A DNA stretch of 64,000 nucleotides from Thiobacillus sp. 65-1402 (GTDB taxonomy: Bacteria; Pseudomonadota; Gammaproteobacteria; Burkholderiales; Thiobacillaceae). A model generated the notes under the pieces. It had not been told where the DNA came from. It searched no databases and was given only the letters and a program-made list of their open reading frames with translations. Positions 48,568 through 61,070 of this stretch are shown piece by piece. Each line of letters opens with the position of its first letter. Position 1 is the stretch's first letter. The translations under genes were made by a program, and so were the position numbers. The DNA lies in the NCBI RefSeq assembly GCF_001897685.1, contig NZ_MKUG01000102.1, forward strand, positions 7,937-71,936, written 5' to 3'.

Positions 48568-49425
48568 ATGATTACTTGCGATACCGTCTGCGAAGCCGAA
48601 CTGCCCCGTACCGCCGCGCGCCCGGGCGGCACGGCCGCTTCCATGCCCGATGTCCAGAATACGCCCGACGCACGCCGGATCGCCATCGACAAGGTTGGCA
48701 TCAAGGCGGTCCGCCATCCCGTCAAGGTCCTGGACAAGACCGGCGGCGTGCAGCACACCATCGCCCTGTTCAACATGTACGTGCATCTGCCGCATCACTT
48801 CAAGGGCACCCACATGTCCCGCTTCCTCGAGATCCTCAATGGCTACGAGCGGGAAATATCGGTGGTGTCCTTCGAACACATGCTGCGCCAGATGGTGGAA
48901 CGGCTGGAAGCCCGTTCCGGCCACGTCGAAATGAGCTTTCCCTACTTCATCAACAAGAAGGCACCGGTATCGGGTGTCGAGAGCCTGCTCGATTACGACG
49001 TGACCTTCGTAGGCGAAATCCGCGACGGGCGCTACCTTCAGAGCATGAAGGTCGTCATCCCGGTCACCAGCCTGTGCCCATGCTCCAAGCAGATTTCGCG
49101 CTACGGCGCGCACAACCAGCGCTCGCACGTGACCTTGACGGTGCGCACCAACAGTTTCATCTGGATCGAGGATGTCGTACGCGTCGCCGAGGACAACGCG
49201 TCAAGCCAGCTCTACGGCCTGCTCAAGCGGCCGGACGAGAAGTACGTCACCGAACACGCCTACGACAATCCCAAATTCGTCGAAGACATGGTGCGCGATG
49301 TGGCGGCGGCGCTGGATGCGGATAGGCGCATCGATTCGTACGTAGTCGAGTCGGAGAACTTCGAGTCCATCCACAACCACTCGGCCTACGCCTTGATCGA
49401 ACGCAACAAGGCCGCAGCAGCCTGA
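48568..49425 (+). CDS. folE2: GTP cyclohydrolase I type B (FolE2/MptA family)
   Basis: [35 protein letters not shown]. Confidence 0.93.
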   Translation: MITCDTVCEAELPRTAARPGGTAASMPDVQNTPDARRIAIDKVGIKAVRHPVKVLDKTGGVQHTIALFNMYVHLPHHFKGTHMSRFLEILNGYEREISVVSFEHMLRQMVERLEARSGHVEMSFPYFINKKAPVSGVESLLDYDVTFVGEIRDGRYLQSMKVVIPVTSLCPCSKQISRYGAHNQRSHVTLTVRTNSFIWIEDVVRVAEDNASSQLYGLLKRPDEKYVTEHAYDNPKFVEDMVRDVAAALDADRRIDSYVVESENFESIHNHSAYALIERNKAAAA

Positions 49426-49599
49426 AATGCACGGCCTGCGCCGACCTATTGGGAGACAGGCGCCCAATTCAGGCCCGGGCGGGAAGTCTGGAGGAAGCTG
49501 CTGAGCAGATACAGCAATGCCGTCGGCATTGCGCTACGGCCAGCCATTCGACGCCGGCATCCGTATGCTGCACACGGGGATACGCCGACACTTGGCAAC

Positions 49600-49661
49600 T
49601 GGCGGAGAGGGGGGGATTCGAACCCCCGTCAGGATATTATCCTGAACACGCTTTCCAGGCG
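49600..49661 (-). pseudogene. 3' fragment of tRNA-Ser(GGA), attachment site of an integrative element
   Basis: Minus strand CGCCTGGAAAGCGTG, long variable arm, GGGGGTTCGAATCCCCCC-CTCTCCGCCA; D-arm and 5' acceptor strand absent; adjacent to integrase. Confidence 0.85.
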
Positions 49662-49766
49662 AGTTATTTATGAGCATCATACCCCAATATTGACGTCACA
49701 TTCAAGCTGATTAACACCATTTGAATTTGCTTTCGGGCACAATTCGGGCACACTTGGAACGAAATC

Positions 49767-50792
49767 ATGGCAACACTCCGACAACGTGAAAGTGGTTACT
49801 GGCAAGCAATCGTAAGAAGACGAGGGCGCCCCCAGGAATCCAGAACCTTTGCCACAAAGTCCGAGGCGCGCGAATGGGCGCGCCAGGTCGAAGCACTGAT
49901 GGATAAAGGTGTATTTCAGTCTTCCAGCGAAGCCGAGCGGACAACATTTTCCGAAATCATCGACCGCTTCATCAAAGAATTTGCGCCTGCCCATTACCGC
50001 CTGCGGGAGGATAGCAAAGAAGCCTGGCGATTCCAATGCGCGCGCCTGAGAGAAATTTTAGGGCCTTATTCCCTCGCCGCTATCGATCAGAAGCTCGTTG
50101 CTCGCTTTCGAGACGAACGGCTGAACCCTCCCCCTTCCAGCAACCGCAAAGGCGTAGGTGAAAGTACGGTCCGCAAAGAGTTGTATCTGCTCTCCAAGGT
50201 GCTGGGGTTTGCCGAAACCGAGTGTGGAATCCTGCTTCCACGAGGCAATCCGATTGCCCGGATCAGAAAGCCCAGCGAATCGAAACCTCGTGACCGTCGC
50301 CTCACGCCTGAAGAGTGGGACAGACTCGCTTTGCAATGTCAGCGCAGCAGAAACCAGCTGCTCTACCCTGCCCTGACGCTGGCCGTCGAGACTGCAATGC
50401 GGCAAGGCGAACTGCTTGCCCTACGCTGGGAAAACATCGATTTCAGCCGACGTATAGCAATGCTGCTACAAACCAAGAATGGCGAAGTTCGCGCCGCCCC
50501 GCTTTCGAGCCGCGCAATTGATACGCTGAAAAGCCTACCGCGACAAATCTCCGGGGTTGTCCTCCCGGTTGAACGGATGACCCTACACCACGCCTTCAAT
50601 GCGGCCTGCATACGCGCCGAATTGGAAAACTACACGTGGCACGACTTGCGCCACGAAGCCCTCTCCCGCCTTGCGGAACGTGGGGACTTCTCGGTGCTTG
50701 AACTGGCTGCGGTCAGCGGTCACAAAACCCTGCAAATGCTTAAGCGCTATACACACTTTCAGGCCGAACGGCTCGCAGCAAAACTTGGGTAA
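49767..50792 (+). CDS. Tyrosine recombinase/integrase (Rci/HP1-like)
   Basis: TAMRQGEL, TKNG, WHDLRHEA, SGHKT..RYTH. Confidence 0.92.
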   Translation: MATLRQRESGYWQAIVRRRGRPQESRTFATKSEAREWARQVEALMDKGVFQSSSEAERTTFSEIIDRFIKEFAPAHYRLREDSKEAWRFQCARLREILGPYSLAAIDQKLVARFRDERLNPPPSSNRKGVGESTVRKELYLLSKVLGFAETECGILLPRGNPIARIRKPSESKPRDRRLTPEEWDRLALQCQRSRNQLLYPALTLAVETAMRQGELLALRWENIDFSRRIAMLLQTKNGEVRAAPLSSRAIDTLKSLPRQISGVVLPVERMTLHHAFNAACIRAELENYTWHDLRHEALSRLAERGDFSVLELAAVSGHKTLQMLKRYTHFQAERLAAKLG

Positions 50793-50883
50793 GGCGCTGC
50801 GCGGTCCGACCACTGAAGTACTCAGCTCCAGATTGCAGATTCGAATCAATATTGAGCGGGAATGATCCTAGCCTGACCAGGCA

Positions 50884-50912
50884 TTGACTGTATCTCAAAT
50901 GAGATACACAAT
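50884..50912 (+). promoter_or_regulatory. sigma70 promoter with overlapping TA operator
   Basis: TTGACT-17-CACAAT, with palindrome TGTATCTCA-aa-TGAGATACA (50889-50908). Confidence 0.7.
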
Positions 50913-50938
50913 AGGCAAACTCATAGGAGGGTCTAACC

Positions 50939-51220
50939 ATGTCCGCACACACTTCGATGCTTCACGTCCGGGTGGACGATGAAACAAAGGCGCAAGCAAC
51001 TGAAACACTTGCTGCGATGGGCATGTCGGTATCCGATGCTGTCCGCCTTTTTTTACGCCGCGTGGTCGTCGATCAGACATTCCCGCTCGAACTCAAGGTT
51101 CCGAACGCTGAGACGCTGGCGGCCATGGAAGAGTCTCGCGCAATGATGGCCGCTCGCCGCACCCGCTTTGCCACCGCTGACGCGCTGTTCGATGACCTCG
51201 AAAAAAACAGCCGCAAGTAA
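50939..51220 (+). CDS. dinJ: RelB/DinJ-family antitoxin
   Basis: VRVDDETK..GMSVSDAVRLFL..PNAETLAAM. Confidence 0.85.
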   Translation: MSAHTSMLHVRVDDETKAQATETLAAMGMSVSDAVRLFLRRVVVDQTFPLELKVPNAETLAAMEESRAMMAARRTRFATADALFDDLEKNSRK

Positions 51221-51512
51221 GCGTGCCTCGCTGCCGCGTGCATCGGATTACACCAAGTCTTTCCTTAAAGACTGGGAGCGCCTTTCTCGCTCGGGGCGCT
51301 ACGACATGCATCGACTCAAGGAGGCCATGATGTTGCTGATTGCCAGCGATGCGCCCCTTGGCGCCGAATGGCTCGATCACCCACTCAAAGGTGAGTGGGT
51401 CGATCACCGGGAATGCCATATCGGCGGCGATTTCCTGCTGATCTATCAGCTTGATGGAAATGCCATCAACTTTGTGCGGACAGGCACTCACGCAGAGCTG
51501 TTTAACCAATGA
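51192..51512 (+). CDS. yafQ: YafQ-family toxin
   Basis: DHPLKGEW..RECHIGGDFLLIY..RTGTHAELF. Confidence 0.88.
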   Translation: MTSKKTAASKRASLPRASDYTKSFLKDWERLSRSGRYDMHRLKEAMMLLIASDAPLGAEWLDHPLKGEWVDHRECHIGGDFLLIYQLDGNAINFVRTGTHAELFNQ

Positions 51513-51715
51513 CACGACGGACAGTCCACTTCCTGATCTGAGCAGACAATTAGGCGGAAGTGCACGACAGGATCAACTTGGGATAATCATGTTCGACCTA
51601 AGCAGATGGTTGAGTGGTGTCTATCAGTTCGTGCGAGTATTCGACATGAGGTGACACTCGCATCGGTCTTGTATCTCCCTCTCGAAAAGAAGGGATGCGG
51701 CACCACCACCAATCC

Positions 51716-52576
51716 CTAGCGGCAGAAAACCCACGGAGCCACCTCCTCTATATTTTCAACCGCAATCTGATAGTCCGGCGCCCGCTGAATTTCCGTGTCG
51801 ATCGCCGCCCGAACGTCCTGGATGAAGTAAGAAACCAGCGCCGCGCGGCAGGTTTCCACACGGCTTGCAGTCCCGTTGAAAAATTCGGTCTGGATCACCC
51901 TGGCCTGTTCGGGAGAGAGTTCAGGGTGGGCAACCAGCCGCACCTTGACCTTGGTGTTCCAGTCGGGGTCATCGAATCGGGTGCGATCCGAAGGACGCGT
52001 CAAGGGTTTCACCTCGAGGATCCGCCCCAGTGCGTAATCCCGGAATTCCTGATTGGTTTCACTGTAGGCGCGCACATGCCACCTGCGGCCGGCGAGAACC
52101 AGGCTGTGCGGATAGATCGTGCGGCGATGCGGAGCCGGTTCGCTCATCGACATGTATTCGATTTCGACGGCTTTTGCCTGTCTGATCGCATTTCCGAGGC
52201 TGGCGAATGTCTTGGGTGCCGGGGCGGTGATGCTTGGCGTCGCCGACCAGGCCACCGAACTGCCATCTTCCATGGCCGACGCATAGGGAAGCCCGACCAT
52301 GGACAGGTAACGGGAAAGCGATTCGGAAATGTCTGCCTGAGAGGCCTTGGTGTACCGCTTGTAGAAATCTGGCGTAGCGAAGTAGCTCCTGGACTTGCTG
52401 TCCCATTGCATCCAGGTTGGGTTCAGGTCGCGGATTTCCTTGATCCATTGGCTGGCCCGAGGCAAACCAATGCCAAACAGCTCGCATACCCGCGAACGGT
52501 AAATACGCCCTTCCCAAACCAGCAAAAGCTCCATAAGGGTAAGGCGTTGTTGCGGGCTGTCGTTCCGTTGGTCCAT
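51716..52576 (-). CDS. wHTH-WYL transcriptional regulator (CapW/BrxR-like)
   Basis: N-terminal HTH (LVWEGRI..FGIG..RAS), IEYMSMS, PHSLV..RWHVRAY..FRDYALGRI. Confidence 0.85.
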   Translation of the reverse strand: MDQRNDSPQQRLTLMELLLVWEGRIYRSRVCELFGIGLPRASQWIKEIRDLNPTWMQWDSKSRSYFATPDFYKRYTKASQADISESLSRYLSMVGLPYASAMEDGSSVAWSATPSITAPAPKTFASLGNAIRQAKAVEIEYMSMSEPAPHRRTIYPHSLVLAGRRWHVRAYSETNQEFRDYALGRILEVKPLTRPSDRTRFDDPDWNTKVKVRLVAHPELSPEQARVIQTEFFNGTASRVETCRAALVSYFIQDVRAAIDTEIQRAPDYQIAVENIEEVAPWVFCR

Positions 52577-52587
52577 GTACATTTCCG

Positions 52588-52627
52588 TATGTTATAGAAA
52601 AATATAACATATAAATTCTTATAACAT
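52588..52627. promoter_or_regulatory. Palindromic operator upstream of WYL gene
   Basis: TATGTTATA-gaaaaa-TATAACATA plus a third half-site TTATAACAT. Confidence 0.6.
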
Positions 52628-52639
52628 TGACCTTGCAGC

Positions 52640-52678
52640 AAAAAACCCCTGGCCAGCCAACACTGTAACCAGGGGGTT
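52640..52678 (-). terminator. Probable intrinsic terminator
   Basis: AACCCCTGG...CCAGGGGGTT hairpin with T6 tail on the minus strand. Confidence 0.5.
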
Positions 52679-52712
52679 GCCCCAGCATGCGTTCCGTGGG
52701 CCCGCTTCGTGC

Positions 52713-52900
52713 GACCGCTTTGGCCAAAGAAGCGACGGAGGGAGGCTCTCTCAGACAGGCGGGTCGTCGGCCTGAGCGGACCATTAGGTACGCCGTCGCT
52801 TCAGTCCGCTGCTCGACCCTAAGCAGACGCTCCGAATGAAAGACGCGAGGGATCGGTATGCGGCCAGAGCAGATGGTGGCGTTCTGCGCACCTAAGCCAC
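52713..52900. repeat. Array of degenerate ~24-bp imperfect palindromes, ~46-bp period
   Basis: Units at 52713, 52758, 52804, 52851 (plus 52878); consensus approx G-N-C-C-G-C-T-N4-G-N-C-C-N2-A-G-C-N-G-A-C. Confidence 0.55.
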
Positions 52901-52927
52901 ATTTCTCTTGGCTCCATCAGTCTGGGG

Positions 52928-53977
52928 TCAATGCCCATGGCGGTGATGGATGTCCGGAAAGTGGGGATGTTTGTGGGTTAAGACCGCATGCCTGTGCTGA
53001 TGGCTGTGCGGCTCGGTGCCATTCCAGTCGAAATCGTGCTCATGTTGGTGATGCGCGTCGTGAACATGCGGATGGGTGTGTTCGAGCGGCTCATGCGTGT
53101 GCACATGCTCGTGATGCTCGGTCAGATGCAGCCAAACCCCAATCCCCATCAGGAGGGCGGCGACCCAGAACGGCGCAGGCGTCGCTTCGCCCAACAGCAG
53201 GATGGCGATGGCGGCACCGATGAAGGGTGCCGTGGAGAAATAAGCGCCGGTGCGGGCCGTGCCCAAACTCCGCAGTGCCCGCACAAAGAGAACCAGACTC
53301 AGGCCATAGCCCAGCAGACCCACTGCCATGGCTGCGCCCGCGGTGGACCAGGCGGGTAAGGATGCGCCCAACAACAAGGCGAGGCCAGTGTTGACGACGC
53401 CTGCCGTCCAGCCCTTTGCCCCGGCGATGAACAGGGCATCCGAGCCGGAAACCCGGCGCGTCAGGTTGTTGTCGATGGCCCAGCACAAGCACGCGGCGGC
53501 GATGGCCAGGGGACCGATCCAGTCCGGGGGCTCGCTGCTGGTGCCGGGCCAGGCGAGCACTGCCCCGCCCGCGACGATGAGCAGCATGCCGAGCACGATG
53601 CGGCGGTCGGCGTTTTCCTTGAAGATCACCCAAGCCAGCACTGCCGTAAGCACCGCCTCCAGATTGAGCATGAGGGAGGCGACGCCCGCATCGGTATGGG
53701 TGAGGCCGAACACCAGCAGCACCGGCCCCAGCAACCCGCCGAAGACGATGGCACCCGCAAGCCAGCGCCATTCCCCGGGTGCCAGCCCGCTCGGTTTCCA
53801 GCCGCGATCCCGCAGCAGGCGGATCGCAGCCAGCCCGAGTCCGCTGCCCAGGTAAAGCAGCCCGGCCAGCAGCAGGGTCGGCAGCTCGCCCACCAGCAGC
53901 TTGACCAGCGGCGTGCTCCCGCCGAACAGGGCGGCCGCAGCCAGGGCTGGCCAGATGGCGGAGCGTGGATTGCTCAC
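52928..53977 (-). CDS. DMT/EamA transporter with His-rich C-terminal tail
   Basis: ~10 TM segments, WAIDNNLTR, tail HHEHVHTHEPLEHTHPHVHDAHHQHEH. Confidence 0.88.
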   Translation of the reverse strand: MSNPRSAIWPALAAAALFGGSTPLVKLLVGELPTLLLAGLLYLGSGLGLAAIRLLRDRGWKPSGLAPGEWRWLAGAIVFGGLLGPVLLVFGLTHTDAGVASLMLNLEAVLTAVLAWVIFKENADRRIVLGMLLIVAGGAVLAWPGTSSEPPDWIGPLAIAAACLCWAIDNNLTRRVSGSDALFIAGAKGWTAGVVNTGLALLLGASLPAWSTAGAAMAVGLLGYGLSLVLFVRALRSLGTARTGAYFSTAPFIGAAIAILLLGEATPAPFWVAALLMGIGVWLHLTEHHEHVHTHEPLEHTHPHVHDAHHQHEHDFDWNGTEPHSHQHRHAVLTHKHPHFPDIHHRHGH

Positions 53978-54002
53978 GGGAAACGAGGCTGGCGCATCCG
54001 GC

Positions 54003-54395
54003 TTATTTCAGATTGAAGGTCGCCTTCGCCGGGGTTTTCCCAGGCAGGGTCGTCGTGAGCACCACTCGCACTCCGACGCCGACCTTGAAGTTGCCCTTGG
54101 CGACCATACGGTTCTCGCCGGCCGGCTCCAGCTTGACCGTGGTCTTGTCGTTGCCGGCGTAGATCACGGCCTCCGCCTGGGCGCCCTGGGTCGGGACCGG
54201 TTTGCCGTGATCGCTGACATAAAGGGTAAGGCTGTCGGGTTTGGCGACCAGTTCATAGGCCACGTTGTGGAGTTCGCGCACCACGCCGCCGTATTTCGGC
54301 CCGTGGTCGTGGCCTGCGCCGGCGAAGACGGGGGCGGCATTCAGCGCGGCAGCAAGACCGGCGGCGGCACACAGCGAGAGGATGGAAGATTTCAT
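54003..54395 (-). CDS. Periplasmic His-rich metal-binding protein
   Basis: Signal peptide, GAGHDHGPKYGG, LYVSDHG. Confidence 0.75.
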   Translation of the reverse strand: MKSSILSLCAAAGLAAALNAAPVFAGAGHDHGPKYGGVVRELHNVAYELVAKPDSLTLYVSDHGKPVPTQGAQAEAVIYAGNDKTTVKLEPAGENRMVAKGNFKVGVGVRVVLTTTLPGKTPAKATFNLK

Positions 54396-54421
54396 GCTTG
54401 ACTCCTTATCAGTTGAGAAAT

Positions 54422-57565
<3,144 letters not shown>

Positions 57566-57580
57566 GTTGGCATCCCCCGA

Positions 57581-59152
57581 TCAGTGCGCATGGCCGTGGC
57601 CAATTTGCGCGGTGCCGGTGGACGCCAGCTTGACCAGATAGGCGCCGCGCGAGACGACGCGGCTGCCTGGGGTCAAACCCTCCAGCACTTCGACCCAGTC
57701 GCCTTCGCGTGCGCCCAGGCGCACCTGGCGCCGCTCGAAGGATTCGCCGCCGATCATCACGAACACCACGCTCATGCCGCCCTCGTCGAGCACGCTCGAC
57801 GCCGGAATCGCCACCGCTTCGCGCACGCTGCCGGCGAACACCTGCGCCTGCACCGCCATGCCGATGGGGAGATTCCGGTCGGGTGCGGTGAACTCGAACA
57901 CCACCGGCACGGTGCGGGTGGTGGCATCCACTACACCGCCGACGGCGATCAGCCGTCCGCTCTTGCCGGGGATGATCTCGATGCTGCGTTCGTCGCCCGC
58001 CACGCGGAAGGCGGCGCCAGTCGGGTTGGCCAGCCTCGCCGCGTCGGATTCGGGAACGCGCAGTTCCAGCCACAGCTTGCTGCGGTCGGCGATGTGGAAC
58101 AGCAGCGTGCCCTCCTGGGCGAACGCCCCGGGCGACACACGCACGTCTGCCAGCGTGCCGGACACCGGCGCACGGACGGGGATGCCGCCACCGGCGCCAC
58201 CGTATTGACCCAGCCGCTGCTGCGCGGCCGTCAGTTCGGCGCGTGCCAAGGCTACGGCAGCACGTGCAGCGAGCACCCGTTTCTCCGGCACCGCTTCCTC
58301 ACGGAAAAGCGTTTCCATGCGTGCCAGCTCTTGCTGGGCGAGATCGAGCTCAACCTGAGCCTTGTTCGCGGCCGCCCGCAGGGTGGCGAGATCGGTTTCG
58401 CCGCCCATGCGCGGCACCAGATAGGCGAGCAGTTCGCCTTTTTTCACCTGCTGGCCCAGACGCGGGAAGGTGCCTGCGGACTGCACCTGTCCCACTGCCG
58501 CGGCAGTGAGCTGGGCCTCGCCATCCGGGCGGGCGCGCAAGACACCGGTCGCGTTGACTGCCGTGCGGATCGGACGCGTCACCACCTCGGCGGTGGCGAA
58601 GTCGACTTTCCACTGCTGTTCCTTGGTGAAGCCGATGCCTTCGTCGTCGTGCGGAGCCGGCTCGGCCTCGGCGGCCTTGCGGTCGGGATACACCGTGAAC
58701 GGACCGAGTTCATGCGTCGCGCTGAACTCAGGGGTGGCGACCTCGATCGTCAGATCGCGATCCCCCGCATGCTTCGGCATGGCCTCGGGGCGGAAGATGC
58801 CGGGCTGGCTGGCGCCTTCCACGCTGAACACCTCGTCGGGCTGGCCGCCGCCCGACAGCCGGACCGTGACCTTGCCGCCGGTGAGTGCCTTGAAGTCGGC
58901 CAGCGTGGTCAGGTGCGCGGCAAAGGCGGATTTCTCGCCGACCACCAGCCGCGGGAACTCGACGAACAGTTCGGTACGGTCGCTGAAGTGGGTGAGCTTT
59001 TCACCGCCAGCGCCGTGGCCGTGTGCGGCCTCAGCTTCCGCCGCAGGGGGATGGCTGCCGTCTTCGGCATGTTCGTGGTCACGGCTGCAGCCCATCAGAA
59101 AGAGGGCGGCGCAAAGGGATGCGCCAATAGATCTAATCAGGGTCTTGTTCAT
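57581..59152 (-). CDS. RND membrane fusion protein
   Basis: Lipoprotein signal LMGC, VRAPVSG, VDATTRTVPV, C-terminal HGHAH. Confidence 0.9.
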   Translation of the reverse strand: MNKTLIRSIGASLCAALFLMGCSRDHEHAEDGSHPPAAEAEAAHGHGAGGEKLTHFSDRTELFVEFPRLVVGEKSAFAAHLTTLADFKALTGGKVTVRLSGGGQPDEVFSVEGASQPGIFRPEAMPKHAGDRDLTIEVATPEFSATHELGPFTVYPDRKAAEAEPAPHDDEGIGFTKEQQWKVDFATAEVVTRPIRTAVNATGVLRARPDGEAQLTAAAVGQVQSAGTFPRLGQQVKKGELLAYLVPRMGGETDLATLRAAANKAQVELDLAQQELARMETLFREEAVPEKRVLAARAAVALARAELTAAQQRLGQYGGAGGGIPVRAPVSGTLADVRVSPGAFAQEGTLLFHIADRSKLWLELRVPESDAARLANPTGAAFRVAGDERSIEIIPGKSGRLIAVGGVVDATTRTVPVVFEFTAPDRNLPIGMAVQAQVFAGSVREAVAIPASSVLDEGGMSVVFVMIGGESFERRQVRLGAREGDWVEVLEGLTPGSRVVSRGAYLVKLASTGTAQIGHGHAH

Positions 59153-60357
59153 TGGTCGACGCTCCCGGTCAACAGGTCATATTCAATGCGGGCGTCTCGT
59201 GCCCGCTTTTCAAGTTCGAGGGCGGTGGTTTCCGTCTCCAGGGTGTTGCGGTAGGCGTCGAGCAATTCCAGCAGGCTGGATTCGCCGCCCTGATAGGCGG
59301 TTTCCGCGATGCGCAACAATTCGGGGGAAGCCGCCACTGCGCGGCTGCGATAGTCGATTGCCGTTGCGCGCAGGCCCTCGGCCTGGCGATTGAGGCCGCG
59401 CAGGTCGCCCTCGGCGCGGCTCTTTGCCAAGCGGTATTCGGCGCGCGCCTGCAGGGCTTCTGCCACCGCGCGCTGCTGCCCGGCCTGCTGGCGGTCGAAC
59501 ACCGGCAGCGGAACGGAAAGCGAAAGTGCCACACCGTTGTCCTGGGTGATGCCGTTATCGACATACTTGGGTCCGACCCCCACGGTCACCTCCGGAATGC
59601 CACCGCGCTTGGCGGCACGCCCCTCCAGATCGGCTGCCTCTGCACGACGGGACAGTGCCTGCAGGTCGGGCCGCTGGTCGAGGCTGGTCAATACCGTTTC
59701 GACCGGAACAGGGGCCGAAGGCAATAGCTCGCCTTTCAGGAGGGGGACTTCGGGTGCGCCGGTGAGCGCCACCAAGTGCGCCAGGGATCGATCCAGTTCG
59801 GCCCGTTCGGCCGCCAGCCGGGCTTCCGCCGTCTGCCGTTCGCGGGCAAGGCGCCGCCGGTCATAGCCGGAAGCCTCGCCTGCGCGGGCCAACTTGCCAA
59901 CCATGCCCTCGACCCGAGCGAAGCGCTGCGCCCAGGTTTCGGTCACGCGGATGGTCTCCTGCCGGAACAGGACTTCATGGAAACTGCGGCGAATTTCGGC
60001 GGCCATTTGGAGTTGCCGGGTGGCGTTGCCGGCGGTGACGGCAGCCACCCGGCGGCTGGCTGCTTCACGATGCAGCCCACGACGCCCGGAAATGTCGAAG
60101 GCTTGTTCGAGCATCCAGGTTTGTTCGACCGTGTCCAGCGAGCCATCAACGCTTTCCCGGCTGTAGCTCAGGGTGGGATTGGGGAAGAGGCCGGCGGCAA
60201 GGACATCGGCCTCGGCAGCTTGCACCGCGCCGCGCTCAAGATCGGCGAAATCGGCGCGCGTCAGACCCAGGCGCACAGCCTCGGCCTCGGTAAGCGGGGT
60301 TTGTGCCCACACTGCCAACGGCAGCGCGAGCAGACATACGGATAGCGTGAATCGCAT
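59149..60357 (-). CDS. TolC/CzcC outer membrane factor
   Basis: PNPTL, SVPLPVFDR, AYQGGESSLLELLDA. Confidence 0.9.
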   Translation of the reverse strand: MRFTLSVCLLALPLAVWAQTPLTEAEAVRLGLTRADFADLERGAVQAAEADVLAAGLFPNPTLSYSRESVDGSLDTVEQTWMLEQAFDISGRRGLHREAASRRVAAVTAGNATRQLQMAAEIRRSFHEVLFRQETIRVTETWAQRFARVEGMVGKLARAGEASGYDRRRLARERQTAEARLAAERAELDRSLAHLVALTGAPEVPLLKGELLPSAPVPVETVLTSLDQRPDLQALSRRAEAADLEGRAAKRGGIPEVTVGVGPKYVDNGITQDNGVALSLSVPLPVFDRQQAGQQRAVAEALQARAEYRLAKSRAEGDLRGLNRQAEGLRATAIDYRSRAVAASPELLRIAETAYQGGESSLLELLDAYRNTLETETTALELEKRARDARIEYDLLTGSVDQ

Positions 60358-60450
60358 GGTCTTCCTCGTGATCAAAACAGGGGACGAAGAACACCGGCGT
60401 GCGACAGGAGAACACGGCCCAAAGCCGCGTTAGAGCAAGCGCTCGCCGGT

Positions 60451-60813
60451 TCAGGCGCGCGCTAGAGGGGGACGGTCGAGAAGCGGGGGGGTGCGGGACA
60501 AAAAGGCCGCGGGTTGATGAAGAATCGGCCCGCCGGACAAGGCTATATCCAGCGTGACGCCGGATTCCATAATGATGGAGGTGAAGACGGGATGGTAGTG
60601 TCCATGATGTCCGTCTTCGTTGTGATCCTGATTATCCGTGTCGCCATTGGAGTCGTGATCTGGATGAGCGCTTTCATGGTGGTCATGATCATGGGTATGA
60701 AAGCCCGAGGTGGCCACATCCTTCCCCGCATGCCCATGCAGCCCGGCCGCCGCTGCCCAGGCGAACTGGAGCGGAACGATGAGCATGATGATCAGGGCGA
60801 TGAAGCGGCGCAT
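60451..60813 (-). CDS. CzcI-like His-rich protein
   Basis: MLIVPLQFAWAAA, His-rich core, C-terminal DRPPL. Confidence 0.7.
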   Translation of the reverse strand: MRRFIALIIMLIVPLQFAWAAAAGLHGHAGKDVATSGFHTHDHDHHESAHPDHDSNGDTDNQDHNEDGHHGHYHPVFTSIIMESGVTLDIALSGGPILHQPAAFLSRTPPLLDRPPLARA

Positions 60814-60858
60814 GTGCCGGATTCTACAGATTCCAGCGTTTTCACCAAGAGTTCTATC

Positions 60859-61048
60859 GTACGCATTCGCCGGAGTTGGTCATTCATCGGCATTTATAGT
60901 CAATGGCCGGTGAGCGGTGCTTAGCTGACCCGACTGGCGCAGTACGCATACGGCGGCTCTGGCCGATGAAGAGACGGACGGGCGTCCCAACTTGAACTTC
61001 CGCTCCGTACCCATAGCCGTCCTTAGGCTTGTTCCGATGCGGTCATTC
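60859..61048. repeat. Second array of degenerate ~24-bp palindromes, ~46-bp period
   Basis: Units at 60859, 60905, 60952, 60998 (partial ~61031). Confidence 0.55.
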
Positions 61049-61070
61049 AACGATAAGTCACCAGCGTGCG

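Noticed and set aside
49600-49690. Functional tRNA-Ser gene
   Set aside because: 5' acceptor strand and D-arm are missing; only the 3' ~62 nt are present
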